A stretch of DNA of 17,348 nt from Candidatus Hydrogenedentota bacterium (GCA_029974275.1 JARKSN010000052.1:1-17348), one strand, 5' to 3'. Positions 6,768-15,765 are shown, counted from the stretch's first letter. Program-made: numbers and translations. The notes: generated by a model not told the origin, from the letters alone.

Positions 6768-7787
6768 ATGGATATCAAAACACAGCGAAAAATGGTGAGC
6801 ATTCTGCGCGTGTTGCGCAGCGACGAAAGTCCCATGGGAAGCGAACGGATAGCGCACGACCTCGAACTTGCCGGCGCGCCGCTCACCGAACGCACCATCC
6901 GGAATTACCTGGCCTTAGCCGATGCCCTCGGTTGGACGGAAAATCTTGGGCGGCGCGGACGCCGCATCACCAGCGCAGGCATTCGCGAGGTCGAGCGCGC
7001 GCTCGTCATGGACAAGGTAGGGTTCATCGCGGCGCGCGTTGAAGAACTCGCCTATCAAATGGATTTCGATCCGCACACCCGCAAGGGCAAGGTCATCCTG
7101 AACATCACGACCTTCCCCCTGGCGGACGTTCGGGCCGCGTTCGCCGCCATGGACGAGGTCTTTCGCGCCGGATTGGGCATGGGACATCTGTGCGCGCTCG
7201 CGTTTCCGGGCGAACGCCTTGGCGGCATTCAAACGCCCAAAGGGTGCTGCGCGATCGGAACCGTATGCAGCGTCACGATCAACGGTCTCCTGTTGCGCGC
7301 CCGAATCGCTGCCACATCCCGCTTCGGCGGACTGCTCGAGCTAGAAAAGCGGCAGCCCAAACGTTTCGTCCAAATCATCACCTACGATGGCACAACCCTT
7401 GATCCCCTCGAAATATTCATCCGGGGCCACATGACCAGCGTTGCCCAGACCGCCCAGACCGGATCCGGCTTTGTCGGCGCCAGTTTCCGCGAGATCCCCA
7501 TGTCATGCCTTGGAGAGGCTCGCCGACTTATCAGCGAAGCCGATCGCGTCGGCCTTGGCGGCGTGCTGGTCGTGGGCAACCCCGGCCAGCCCCTGCTCGA
7601 TGTTCCCGTCACCCAAGGACGCGTGGGCCTCATCGTGTTCGGAGGCCTCAACCCAATCGCCGCCGTCGTGGAGACCGGCATCGCGGTCACCAGCACCGCC
7701 ATGTGCGCCTTGTGCGACTATCCCAGCCTTGTCGACGTCGCCCAACTCCCCAATCTCTTTTCCGCCAAAGGCATATCCGTGCGATAG
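6768..7787 (+). CDS. nrpR: NrpR-family (DUF128) nitrogen transcriptional repressor with a single regulatory domain
   Basis: N-terminal wHTH (ILRVL..PMGSERIA..LTERTIRNYL..GRRIT) plus GTVCSVTING, YDGTTLDPLEIFI and GGLNPIAA motifs; divergent from gdhA. Confidence 0.88.
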   Translation: MDIKTQRKMVSILRVLRSDESPMGSERIAHDLELAGAPLTERTIRNYLALADALGWTENLGRRGRRITSAGIREVERALVMDKVGFIAARVEELAYQMDFDPHTRKGKVILNITTFPLADVRAAFAAMDEVFRAGLGMGHLCALAFPGERLGGIQTPKGCCAIGTVCSVTINGLLLRARIAATSRFGGLLELEKRQPKRFVQIITYDGTTLDPLEIFIRGHMTSVAQTAQTGSGFVGASFREIPMSCLGEARRLISEADRVGLGGVLVVGNPGQPLLDVPVTQGRVGLIVFGGLNPIAAVVETGIAVTSTAMCALCDYPSLVDVAQLPNLFSAKGISVR

Positions 7788-7819
7788 ACGTCCGGCGCTT
7801 TGGAGAAGGCGCGGTTGAC

Positions 7820-9223
7820 TTACGTGCGGTGCTCGCTAAAAAGACGACGCAACAGATCGGGATCGTTGGCCACTCGGAGCGCCGTCTCCATCTCGATTTC
7901 ACCGCGCTGGCACAGATTTCTCAAACTGTGTTCCAGGGTGTAAGCGCCAGGAATCGCCGCAAACAGATTGGGGATATGATCCAGCTGGCCGGCGCGGAGG
8001 GCGTGGCGGATGGCGTCGTTGGGAATCAACGCCTCGCTCGCCAACGCGTGGCCCGCGCCGTCCCGCGTCGGCACGAGCCGCTGCGTGATGATGCCCCGAA
8101 TCCCGGAAGCCAAAATGTGCAGCGCCACGGCGCGTTGCTCGCGCGGATATGTCAAAACAAGACGGTGAAGAGCCTCGACGGCGTTTGAGACGGGCATCGT
8201 GACCAGCATCAAACAGTTCATCTCAGACGCATGCACGACGAGCTCCAGGGCCCCCGGCTCGTTCAGGCCGTCGAGTGCGATGACATCGGGATCTTGCCGG
8301 AAAGCCTGACGCATCCCTTCCAGAAAAGAGGGCGCATCGACGCCCAATTCCCGCTGCTTGATGACACTGCGCCGAGTCTGGTGAGCAATCAAGATCGGGT
8401 CTTCCAGAGTGACGATGATCTTTCTGAACTCGTCGTTGACAACGCCGATCATTGCCGCCAAGGTCGTGCTCTTGCCGCTACGGGCAGGGCCCGTGACCAG
8501 GACCAACCCGTTGGCGCAGCGGGCAAGATTGCGCACGCCGGGGGGGAGTCCCAACTCCTCAATCGCGGGAACATACTGCTCGATCCGCCGAAAGGCCGCT
8601 TCGATCTGGCCGCGTTGATAATGCACGTGCGCACGCCAAGCGCCCAATTCTGGAACGGCAAAGGGGAGATCGAGGCTTCGAGCCCGTGAGAGGTCCTTGC
8701 GCTGACGTTCGTTGAGGATGCCCAACAACATGGCTTCAAGCTGCAACCCGTCGAGAGGGGTTTCGCCTATGGGGAACAATTCGCGGCGAACGCGGCCCAT
8801 GGGGGGAGCCCCGCCGCACAGATGCAGCACAGTCGCGTCCAGCTCGATCGCTTTTTGGAGAAGGGGCGCCACATCAATAGCCATGACAAATTGCGCCAAA
8901 GCGTCTGCCGCATCGACACGATCAAATTCAATGGCGTATTCGAAACCTTCGCCCGGTTGCTCGGGGCCTATGATTCGGACCAAGGCGCCCCGCGCTCGAA
9001 TCTCGATAGGAGGGCTTGGCAGCGAAATCTTGGCCTGAAGATGTGCATGAATGGGGAGGGAGACGGGGGAGCGGAAGCTGACCCCGCCGCACGATAGCGA
9101 GGTTGTCAGGGCCTGCACGGAACGTCCCGGATCGCCGGAAAAACCGACCGACTCGAATTCAAACGGCAACTCGACGCAAACGCGTCGGAAGCGGCGTCTT
9201 TCTCTCGGCACATCGGCTGGCAT
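7820..9223 (-). CDS. PilZ domain fused to a PilT/PilU-family ATPase with degenerate catalytic motifs
   Basis: N-terminal ERRRFRR...SLSCGG...RGALVR (PilZ); then LHLCGGAPP, Walker A GPARSGKST, TLEDPI, QRELG, RQDPDVI and AIRHALR (AIRNLIRE-like). AAGGAGG RBS. Confidence 0.85.
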   Translation of the reverse strand: MPADVPRERRRFRRVCVELPFEFESVGFSGDPGRSVQALTTSLSCGGVSFRSPVSLPIHAHLQAKISLPSPPIEIRARGALVRIIGPEQPGEGFEYAIEFDRVDAADALAQFVMAIDVAPLLQKAIELDATVLHLCGGAPPMGRVRRELFPIGETPLDGLQLEAMLLGILNERQRKDLSRARSLDLPFAVPELGAWRAHVHYQRGQIEAAFRRIEQYVPAIEELGLPPGVRNLARCANGLVLVTGPARSGKSTTLAAMIGVVNDEFRKIIVTLEDPILIAHQTRRSVIKQRELGVDAPSFLEGMRQAFRQDPDVIALDGLNEPGALELVVHASEMNCLMLVTMPVSNAVEALHRLVLTYPREQRAVALHILASGIRGIITQRLVPTRDGAGHALASEALIPNDAIRHALRAGQLDHIPNLFAAIPGAYTLEHSLRNLCQRGEIEMETALRVANDPDLLRRLFSEHRT

Positions 9224-9394
9224 GCATTCTCCTCCTTATCCGTTCGCGCGCACGTTCTAAAAACTCCGCGTTGAAGCAATTTCATTGCAGGAAGCGATAG
9301 AACCCCGCTCCGGAGTGTAGCACTGCCTCATTGAAAACGGCAACCCGCAGGCAGTCGTCGCCACATTTTCGAGGATGAATCGCGATGCGAGGGC

Positions 9395-9423
9395 TTGCCT
9401 GATGACGAAGGTTTGGATATACT
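9395..9423 (+). promoter_or_regulatory. Putative sigma70 promoter of the lytic transglycosylase gene
   Basis: TTGCCT-N17-TATACT, ending 6 nt before ATG 9430. Confidence 0.55.
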
Positions 9424-9429
9424 CTTGAC

Positions 9430-10434
9430 ATGTGGATATCGGGGAGAGAACCTCGGGTGTCAGGGCGGCATTGCAAGAACGCGCGGATCTGGGGTTTTGC
9501 GCTGCTCTGGGCGTTGGCGGCGTCCTGGTGCGTGGCCATGGACGGCCGTGCCACCTCTGGCATGGAGCCGGAATCCCGGGAGCAGGCGCTGCAGCAGCGA
9601 CGCGTCCGTCTCGAACAGGAAAATCGCGAGCGAGCCAAAGCCTACGCGAACGCGCGCCCCGAACAGCGCATCCGCATTTTCAAGGACAAGAACGGCGTTC
9701 CCACCTTTACGGACAACCCGTCAAAGTATCTGCGCAAATCCCGCGAATACGTCGAGATCGCGATCCATTACGACCCCATCGTTGTGCCGAATCGCCTGAA
9801 AACGCTTAGCGAACGCGACAAGATTTCGGCGGGCAATCTTTCGACGCTGGTGCAACATTATGCTCGGATGTATTCGCTGGACGAGCATTTGGTCTACGCT
9901 ATCATCAAAGTGGAAAGCAACTTCGTGTGTGACGCCGTTTCACGGGCAGGCGCGCGCGGTCTGATGCAGTTGATGCCGGGCACGGCGGCGGAAATGGGAG
10001 TGGCGGACATCTATGATCCCGCACAGAACATCGCCGGCGGCACGCAGTACATTGCCAAAATGCTGAATTATTTCAACAACGACATGAAGCTTTCCCTCGC
10101 GGCCTACAACTCGGGTCCGGAGACCGTCAAAAAATACGGCGGCATACCCCCGATTCGAGAAACGCAGGAATACGTCAAGCGCGTGCTGCACTACCAGAAA
10201 GAATACAAAACGAAAGGAGTGGTCGGCATTGACGTGACGCCCGGCAAAGCGCGAATCACGATCGCGTCCAAGCCCGCTCCGGTCAAAAAATACTTCACCG
10301 TGGTGTTCAAAAGCCAGCTTACGCAGTATGCGGATCGTGTGGTTGAGGAAGACGTCTACTATTACCTCAACTTCGAAGGCCGGACTGCGCGCGTGCCCAA
10401 GGATGTGGTTCAGGAAATCATCGCTCCAAGCTGA
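9430..10434 (+). CDS. Lytic transglycosylase (SLT domain) with N-terminal membrane/signal segment and DUF4124-like module
   Basis: Catalytic IKVESNF, GARGLMQLMP, AAYNSG, ETQEYV; FKDKNGVPTFTDNP module. Start uncertain. Confidence 0.9.
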   Translation: MWISGREPRVSGRHCKNARIWGFALLWALAASWCVAMDGRATSGMEPESREQALQQRRVRLEQENRERAKAYANARPEQRIRIFKDKNGVPTFTDNPSKYLRKSREYVEIAIHYDPIVVPNRLKTLSERDKISAGNLSTLVQHYARMYSLDEHLVYAIIKVESNFVCDAVSRAGARGLMQLMPGTAAEMGVADIYDPAQNIAGGTQYIAKMLNYFNNDMKLSLAAYNSGPETVKKYGGIPPIRETQEYVKRVLHYQKEYKTKGVVGIDVTPGKARITIASKPAPVKKYFTVVFKSQLTQYADRVVEEDVYYYLNFEGRTARVPKDVVQEIIAPS

Positions 10435-10454
10435 TCGCGGCCGACGCGCCGACG

Positions 10455-12188
10455 TCAACGCAACGGAAGCGAGATGGTTTGGTTGCGAGCGAGCGAGACG
10501 GTCTTCTGCGTGGTCTGATGAACGAAGATCACTTCGGCGGGCCGGTTGCGGATTTCGGCGATGATCCACCCCTGTTCGATGGCGTCTCCCGCTGCGGCGA
10601 GAATTTGCTTGGGCCGCGCCTCTGGGTGCACGGTCACGGTGAGAGAGACGCGATCGCCCACTCTTCCGGCATAATGCACCACAATCTGTGGCAGCGCCTC
10701 GTCCGTTCGAGCGCTTGAGACGGGACCCGCCGCTATGGGAACCGGCAAGGCTTCGGCGGGAGACTTCAATGGCGGCATGGGCGGCGGCGTCCGAACCCGT
10801 CCTTGTTCGCGCGTTTTCTCGGCGGCGTCGGGAATGGCGGTGAGACGGACCGGAAGAGATGCCTCGAATGCCGCGAATTCCCGCCCGGATGCGTGGGTGA
10901 ATGCCAGCCGCACCCGCACCGGATTCAATCCATTCTCCAGCAACCGGCGCGCATCGAACACGAGACGCTGCGTGGCATGAGGCGCAATCACGATCGAGGA
11001 CAATGGGGCGATCGCCGCGTTTCCAGCGGAAATCCAACAGGCCGAGGGGTCTGAGACCCGTATGAAGTCTTGCGAGTCGAGTTCGGACACCCAAACCTGT
11101 GCGTCGATCATTCCGGGAGCGCCGCGCTCGTTGGCAGTCGCCGTGCGCAGCGTGATGGCGCGACGGTCGTTGTTCAGGATTTCCACGTAGATGACGCCGC
11201 TCGCGGGATCGCGCAGCGAGGCGGCGATTTCGGGATCGTTTGGGGAAGCGGGCAACAGCATAGGGACGAGCGGGATGGCGAAAATCGCCGCGACCCAGGC
11301 GGTCAAGACCGCCGCGCCGATAAGGGTCGTGTGCACGACGTCCTGCATGGATCGGATGCGCTGTGCACCGACAAGAGCAATCGAGATGCCTCCTGCACAA
11401 TAGACGATGGGCCCCAGTCCAATCAGCCGCCACAACGCTGCATGGTCCTGCATCGAGGGGGCGTGCAATACGGCCGCACCCACAGGCAGACAACTCATCC
11501 AAGCGAGGGTCGCTCCCAACAGCAGCAGTCCCCAACCCATATACCGCGCGGCGGGATAGCGCAACGCCGCCAGCGCCAACAAGGGGAGCGACGCATACGG
11601 CAAACCAAGGATCGAAAGAAGCGGGGCGGTTGCGGTCGAGTCCGGCGCGAATGGATCGACAAACAGACGCGGCAGGGCCAGAAGGGAAAAGAGACCGTGC
11701 GAGGGAAGCGGCCAAGGCAGCAAGACGCTGGCGGCCATCGCCGCTGGCATGGCGATCAGAACCCACGCGATGAAGGTGCTTGCAGAATAGACCGCCTCTG
11801 AAAAGTCCTCCCCATAGGCATCCAAGGGCTTGTCCACAAAACCGCCCACAGCCTCGGGAAATTCGGCCTGAACGAGCAAACGCCGCGAAGCGGCTTCGTC
11901 GTGCAGCTGCGCAATCTGCGCGGCGATGCGTCGGCTCGCTTCGTTTGCTTTGCCTGCGGTCATTCGTCCAGTCGAGAGGAGACGGCTCAACTCAAGCTGT
12001 GCATTGCCTTCCCGGCGGATCTGGCGTTCGATTGTGCGCAACCGGTCGCACTGAAGGCCGCGCAGGCTCTTCAGGACGGATTGTGCGGCGCGCAGGTGAC
12101 GCCGCCCGGCGCGCGTCTCTCGGAGGGAAGCCGCTTTTTGGCGGTACGACAGCGCCATTTGGAACAGCCGTTTGTCATCGCTGGACAT
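10455..12188 (-). CDS. Uncharacterised multi-pass membrane protein
   Basis: 577-aa ORF: helical basic N-terminus, about five hydrophobic segments, a beta-rich domain, a Pro/Ala linker and a small C-terminal beta domain. Co-directional with pyrG, 52 nt downstream. Confidence 0.75.
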   Translation of the reverse strand: MSSDDKRLFQMALSYRQKAASLRETRAGRRHLRAAQSVLKSLRGLQCDRLRTIERQIRREGNAQLELSRLLSTGRMTAGKANEASRRIAAQIAQLHDEAASRRLLVQAEFPEAVGGFVDKPLDAYGEDFSEAVYSASTFIAWVLIAMPAAMAASVLLPWPLPSHGLFSLLALPRLFVDPFAPDSTATAPLLSILGLPYASLPLLALAALRYPAARYMGWGLLLLGATLAWMSCLPVGAAVLHAPSMQDHAALWRLIGLGPIVYCAGGISIALVGAQRIRSMQDVVHTTLIGAAVLTAWVAAIFAIPLVPMLLPASPNDPEIAASLRDPASGVIYVEILNNDRRAITLRTATANERGAPGMIDAQVWVSELDSQDFIRVSDPSACWISAGNAAIAPLSSIVIAPHATQRLVFDARRLLENGLNPVRVRLAFTHASGREFAAFEASLPVRLTAIPDAAEKTREQGRVRTPPPMPPLKSPAEALPVPIAAGPVSSARTDEALPQIVVHYAGRVGDRVSLTVTVHPEARPKQILAAAGDAIEQGWIIAEIRNRPAEVIFVHQTTQKTVSLARNQTISLPLR

Positions 12189-12240
12189 GAACTGGCCCCT
12201 TCTGCATCCCTAGTGAGATTAAGGGGCCCATATCCCATTT

Positions 12241-13878
12241 TCAAGGTTTACGCGCGGACTGTTGGAGCGCCAAGGCCGTTTTAACGAAATCCCGGAAAAG
12301 GGGCTGCGGTCTGAGCGGCGTGCTCTTGAACTCCGGATGAAACTGGGAGGCGCAGAACCAAGGATGGTCGCGTAGCTCGATCACTTCCACCAACTCATGG
12401 TCCGTGCGCGGATTGATGCCGCTGAACACGACCCCCGCCTCTGCCTCGAAACGTTCACGATACAGGTTGTTGAATTCGTACCTGTGCCGATGTCGCTCTT
12501 CAATGACGTCTGCGTCGTATGCCGCGCGGGCTTTTGTGCCCGGCTGCAATTCGCAACGGTATGCCCCCAGACGCATCGTGCCTCCCATGTCCCGAATGCC
12601 GCGCTGCTCCGACAACAAGGAAATCACGGGGTCGGGCGTTTCGGGGTTGAATTCGGTCGAATTCGCATCCGAAAGCCCCAACGTGTTGCGTGCCATTTCG
12701 ATCATGGCGATTTGCATGCCCAGGCAAATGCCCAAGAAAGGCTTTCCCGTGACGCGAACGTAGTTGACGGCTTTGATTTTGCCCTCGATGCCGCGAGATC
12801 CGAAGCCGGGACCGATCAGAACGCCGTCGTAGGACTTGAGATATTCCTCGGGATCAACGCCGTTCTCGAACTGCTCGGAATCGACCCACTCGACGCGCAC
12901 CTTGCAGTTGTTGGCGATGCCAGCGTGTACAAAAGCCTCGTTGATGCTCTTGTAGGCGTCGTCGTGACCCGTATACTTGCCCACCGCCGCGATGCGAAGC
13001 GTATGCGCGGGAGATTTCAAGCGCTCAACGATACGAGTCCATTCCGTCAGATCGCTCTCGGGAGCGTCGATGTCGAGCGAACGCAACACGGTGTCGTCGA
13101 GTTTCTGCTTTTTGAGACTGAGCGGAATCGCATACAGCGGGGAAACGTCGGGCGCGCCGATGATGCCGTCCGGCGTGACGTTGCAGAACATGGCGATCTT
13201 GCGCGCCTGATCCTCGCCGAGTTCGTGCGACCCGGTGCGACACACGACGACCTGCGGCTGCATGCCGATGTCGCGCAGGGCGCGGACGCTGTGCTGCGTC
13301 GGCTTGGTCTTGAGTTCGCCCGCCGCTTCGATGAACGGCAGCAGCGTGACGTGTATATTGCAACAAGGCGCGGGCGCGACATCCAACTGAAACTGCCGGA
13401 TGGCCTCGAGGAAGGGCAAGCTCTCAATGTCGCCGACCGTGCCGCCGATCTCGATAATGGCCACGTCAACCTCGTCCTCCGGCTCCGCGGTCAACATGCG
13501 GATGCGCAGCTTGATCTCGTCCGTGATGTGCGGGATCACCTGCACTGTTTTGCCGAGATACTCGCCGCGGCGTTCCTTCTCAATGACCGCGTGGTAGACG
13601 CTGCCCGAAGTGATGTTGCTCTTTTTGGAAAGGCGCGAATGGGTGAAACGCTGGTAATGCCCGAGATCGAGGTCGGTCTCCGCGCCATCGTCGGTGACGA
13701 AGACCTCGCCGTGCTCGTAGGGATTCATCGTGCCGGGATCGACGTTGATATAGGGGTCGAGCTTCATCATGGCCACTTTCAGGCCGCGCGCTTCGAGCAA
13801 CAGCCCAAGACTCGCCGCCAGCACCCCCTTGCCAACGCTGGACACCACGCCTCCGGTTACAAACACATACCTCGCCAT
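12241..13878 (-). CDS. pyrG: CTP synthase
   Basis: MARYVFVTGGVVSSVGKG, KLDPYINVDPGTM, GGTVGDIES, KTKPTQHS, GICLGMQ, RHRHRYE, QFHPEF. True start is 13878, overlapping the kdsB stop (TAATG). Confidence 0.98.
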   Translation of the reverse strand: MARYVFVTGGVVSSVGKGVLAASLGLLLEARGLKVAMMKLDPYINVDPGTMNPYEHGEVFVTDDGAETDLDLGHYQRFTHSRLSKKSNITSGSVYHAVIEKERRGEYLGKTVQVIPHITDEIKLRIRMLTAEPEDEVDVAIIEIGGTVGDIESLPFLEAIRQFQLDVAPAPCCNIHVTLLPFIEAAGELKTKPTQHSVRALRDIGMQPQVVVCRTGSHELGEDQARKIAMFCNVTPDGIIGAPDVSPLYAIPLSLKKQKLDDTVLRSLDIDAPESDLTEWTRIVERLKSPAHTLRIAAVGKYTGHDDAYKSINEAFVHAGIANNCKVRVEWVDSEQFENGVDPEEYLKSYDGVLIGPGFGSRGIEGKIKAVNYVRVTGKPFLGICLGMQIAMIEMARNTLGLSDANSTEFNPETPDPVISLLSEQRGIRDMGGTMRLGAYRCELQPGTKARAAYDADVIEERHRHRYEFNNLYRERFEAEAGVVFSGINPRTDHELVEVIELRDHPWFCASQFHPEFKSTPLRPQPLFRDFVKTALALQQSARKP

Positions 13879-14633
13879 TATCTCGCTCCTCGTAGGCTTT
13901 CCGCGATGAGTTTCGCCACGCGATCCAGGTCTTCCGGCGTGTCGACGCCGATGCTTTGGTAGTCCGTATCCACGACAACAATGGCGTGGCCGTGCTCCAA
14001 TGCGCGCAATTGCTCGAGTTTCTCCAGTTCTTCCAACGGCGTCACCGGCATGGCGGCGTATGCCAAGAGAAACGCGCGCCGGTAGGCATACAACCCGATA
14101 TGTTGCCAGTGGCAGGGCAACGCCGGCTGGCCATCGCGCACGTGAGGAATGGGACACCGCGAAAAATACAATGCCCGTCCGTTCAGCCCGCACACGACCT
14201 TGACGACGTTCGGGTTATCGATGTCTTCTGGATTCGTGATGCGGCGCCGCGCCGTGGCGATGGAAACGTCAGGGTCTTCCAGCAACGGCTGAATGGCGGC
14301 GTCGATGGTATGGGGATCGATGAGCGGCTCATCGCCCTGCACATTCACCACAATAGCCGCATCCGTTTGCCGCGCCACCTCCGCGATCCGGTCCGTGCCG
14401 CTCGGATGATCCGGGCGCGTCATTACGGAGGGAATGCCGAGCGGCTCCAACGCGTCGCGCACCCGGACATCGTCCGTCGCGATCACAACGTCCGAAACAA
14501 GTTTCGATTTGCGAGCTTGGTCATAGACATGCGCCACGAGCGGACGACCCGCTATGGGGGCAATCACTTTGCCGGGAAAACGAGACGAGCCGTAACGAGC
14601 TGGGATAACGGCCATAATTTTCGGGAGTTCCAT
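13878..14633 (-). CDS. kdsB: 3-deoxy-manno-octulosonate cytidylyltransferase
   Basis: IPARYGSSRFPGK, SGTDRIAEV, VNVQGDEP, ALYFSR, HIGLYAY, EKLEQLRALE, GVDTPED. Confidence 0.96.
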   Translation of the reverse strand: MELPKIMAVIPARYGSSRFPGKVIAPIAGRPLVAHVYDQARKSKLVSDVVIATDDVRVRDALEPLGIPSVMTRPDHPSGTDRIAEVARQTDAAIVVNVQGDEPLIDPHTIDAAIQPLLEDPDVSIATARRRITNPEDIDNPNVVKVVCGLNGRALYFSRCPIPHVRDGQPALPCHWQHIGLYAYRRAFLLAYAAMPVTPLEELEKLEQLRALEHGHAIVVVDTDYQSIGVDTPEDLDRVAKLIAESLRGAR

Positions 14634-14774
14634 ACAGGCGCATATCCTTCAGCTCATGGACCGGACAATCGGCCCCAAACACACAAAATGCCCAAAACAA
14701 GCGAGATACGGGCTTTTCTGCAACGGATTTGTTAGCGAAAGGTTTTGGAAGACCCCGTCCCCTAACGGGAGCGT

Positions 14775-14803
14775 AATGTAGCATAGCCGCCCGATCTTTT
14801 CAA
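14775..14803 (-). promoter_or_regulatory. Putative sigma70 promoter of kdsB-pyrG
   Basis: Minus strand TTGAAA-N17-TACATT with TGn extension. Confidence 0.55.
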
Positions 14804-14829
14804 CAGGCAGGCAGTCGGGCGCGTGCCCA

Positions 14830-15600
14830 TTAGGCGCGGGGACGCTGCCGGAGTTCACGAGATCCCGCGCCGAGATGTTTCTTCAACAGGCGCGAGAGGT
14901 GGTATTCGTTGCCAAGTCCTACGCGCGGAGCGATCTGTTTCAACCCCAGCGACGTAGTGACAATGAGTTTTCGCGCCTCTTCGATCCGGATGCGGCGGGC
15001 GTCCCGCATAGGGGACATCCCGGTCAGAGCCTTGTAGGCGCGTGCGAAGTAGAATTTGCTCAGCCCCGCGGCCGCCGCGAGATCGTCGAGAGAAAACGAA
15101 GCATCGAGATGCGCGCGGACATAGGCGCGGGCCCGATCGACGACCTCATGTTCCGTGTCATCTGACAAACGCACGTATTCCGCCAAGATCGCCGCCAGCA
15201 GGATTTGCCGAAATGCGGGCGCCTCGGAAAAATAGGCATCGTTCTCCGCACAAAGCCAGGCCGCCATTTCTTGCAGGCGCCCAAGCCAGTCGCGGACGAC
15301 GCAAGGCGGGCGCGGCGTCCACCCTTGCCACCGGAAAGCCAGGCAAGTCGTCAAAAGAGGCGTGGACCCTTGCGCCCATTCTTCATGAAGGGTGTCGGCC
15401 GGATAGAAAAGAATGTCCCCCGGCTTTGCGCGCAGCAAGACGCCTTGCGTTTCAACGCACATGCGCCCGCGGACCACCACGATCATTTCGTGAAAAGGAT
15501 GTGCGTGCGGCGGAAGGCGCCACTGCGCGTCTACTGCGATCGGGACCGTGGAAAGATGGTCGCATGACAGAATGCCGGGGTGGGCAATTTCAGATAACAT
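14830..15600 (-). CDS. AraC-family transcriptional regulator with cupin sensor domain
   Basis: HAHPFHE..H cupin motif; C-terminal double HTH (LDDLAAAAGLSKFYFARAYK..IAPRVG..YHLSRLLKK). Confidence 0.92.
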   Translation of the reverse strand: MLSEIAHPGILSCDHLSTVPIAVDAQWRLPPHAHPFHEMIVVVRGRMCVETQGVLLRAKPGDILFYPADTLHEEWAQGSTPLLTTCLAFRWQGWTPRPPCVVRDWLGRLQEMAAWLCAENDAYFSEAPAFRQILLAAILAEYVRLSDDTEHEVVDRARAYVRAHLDASFSLDDLAAAAGLSKFYFARAYKALTGMSPMRDARRIRIEEARKLIVTTSLGLKQIAPRVGLGNEYHLSRLLKKHLGAGSRELRQRPRA

Positions 15601-15616
15601 AAAGCAATTCCTGACA
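15584..15616 (+). promoter_or_regulatory. Candidate AraC tandem half-sites
   Basis: GCAATTTCAGATA (15584) and GCAATTCCTGACA (15604), direct repeats 20 bp apart; a weaker GCAATCTTGGCGC at 15718. Confidence 0.45.
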
Positions 15617-15765
15617 TTTACAATCGCGGCGTTAGAGTCGGAAAATGTCGCTTCTTCTAGAGTCCGAAGCGCCAGTATAGCAAAAAATACAGGCGTGCGG
15701 GAGGCGTCCTAAAAAAAGCAATCTTGGCGCATGACCGAGATGCTTTCACGAGAAAAGGAGGGGAT

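Noticed and set aside
9224..9429. c-di-GMP riboswitch upstream of the PilZ-PilT gene
   Set aside because: Could not find the class I GCAAA/GNRA-receptor pattern on either strand; an Infernal scan would be decisive.
9940..11766. 608-aa minus-strand alternative-frame ORF
   Set aside because: Arg/Ala-rich off-frame translation overlapping two better-supported genes.
12397..13962. 521-aa + strand ORF antisense to pyrG
   Set aside because: Antisense shadow of a highly conserved gene; no RBS or motif support.
13879..14193. N-terminal extension of pyrG in the ORF track (650 aa)
   Set aside because: Overlaps kdsB; the conserved PyrG start MARYVFVTGG is at 13878 with an AGGAG RBS and TAATG coupling.
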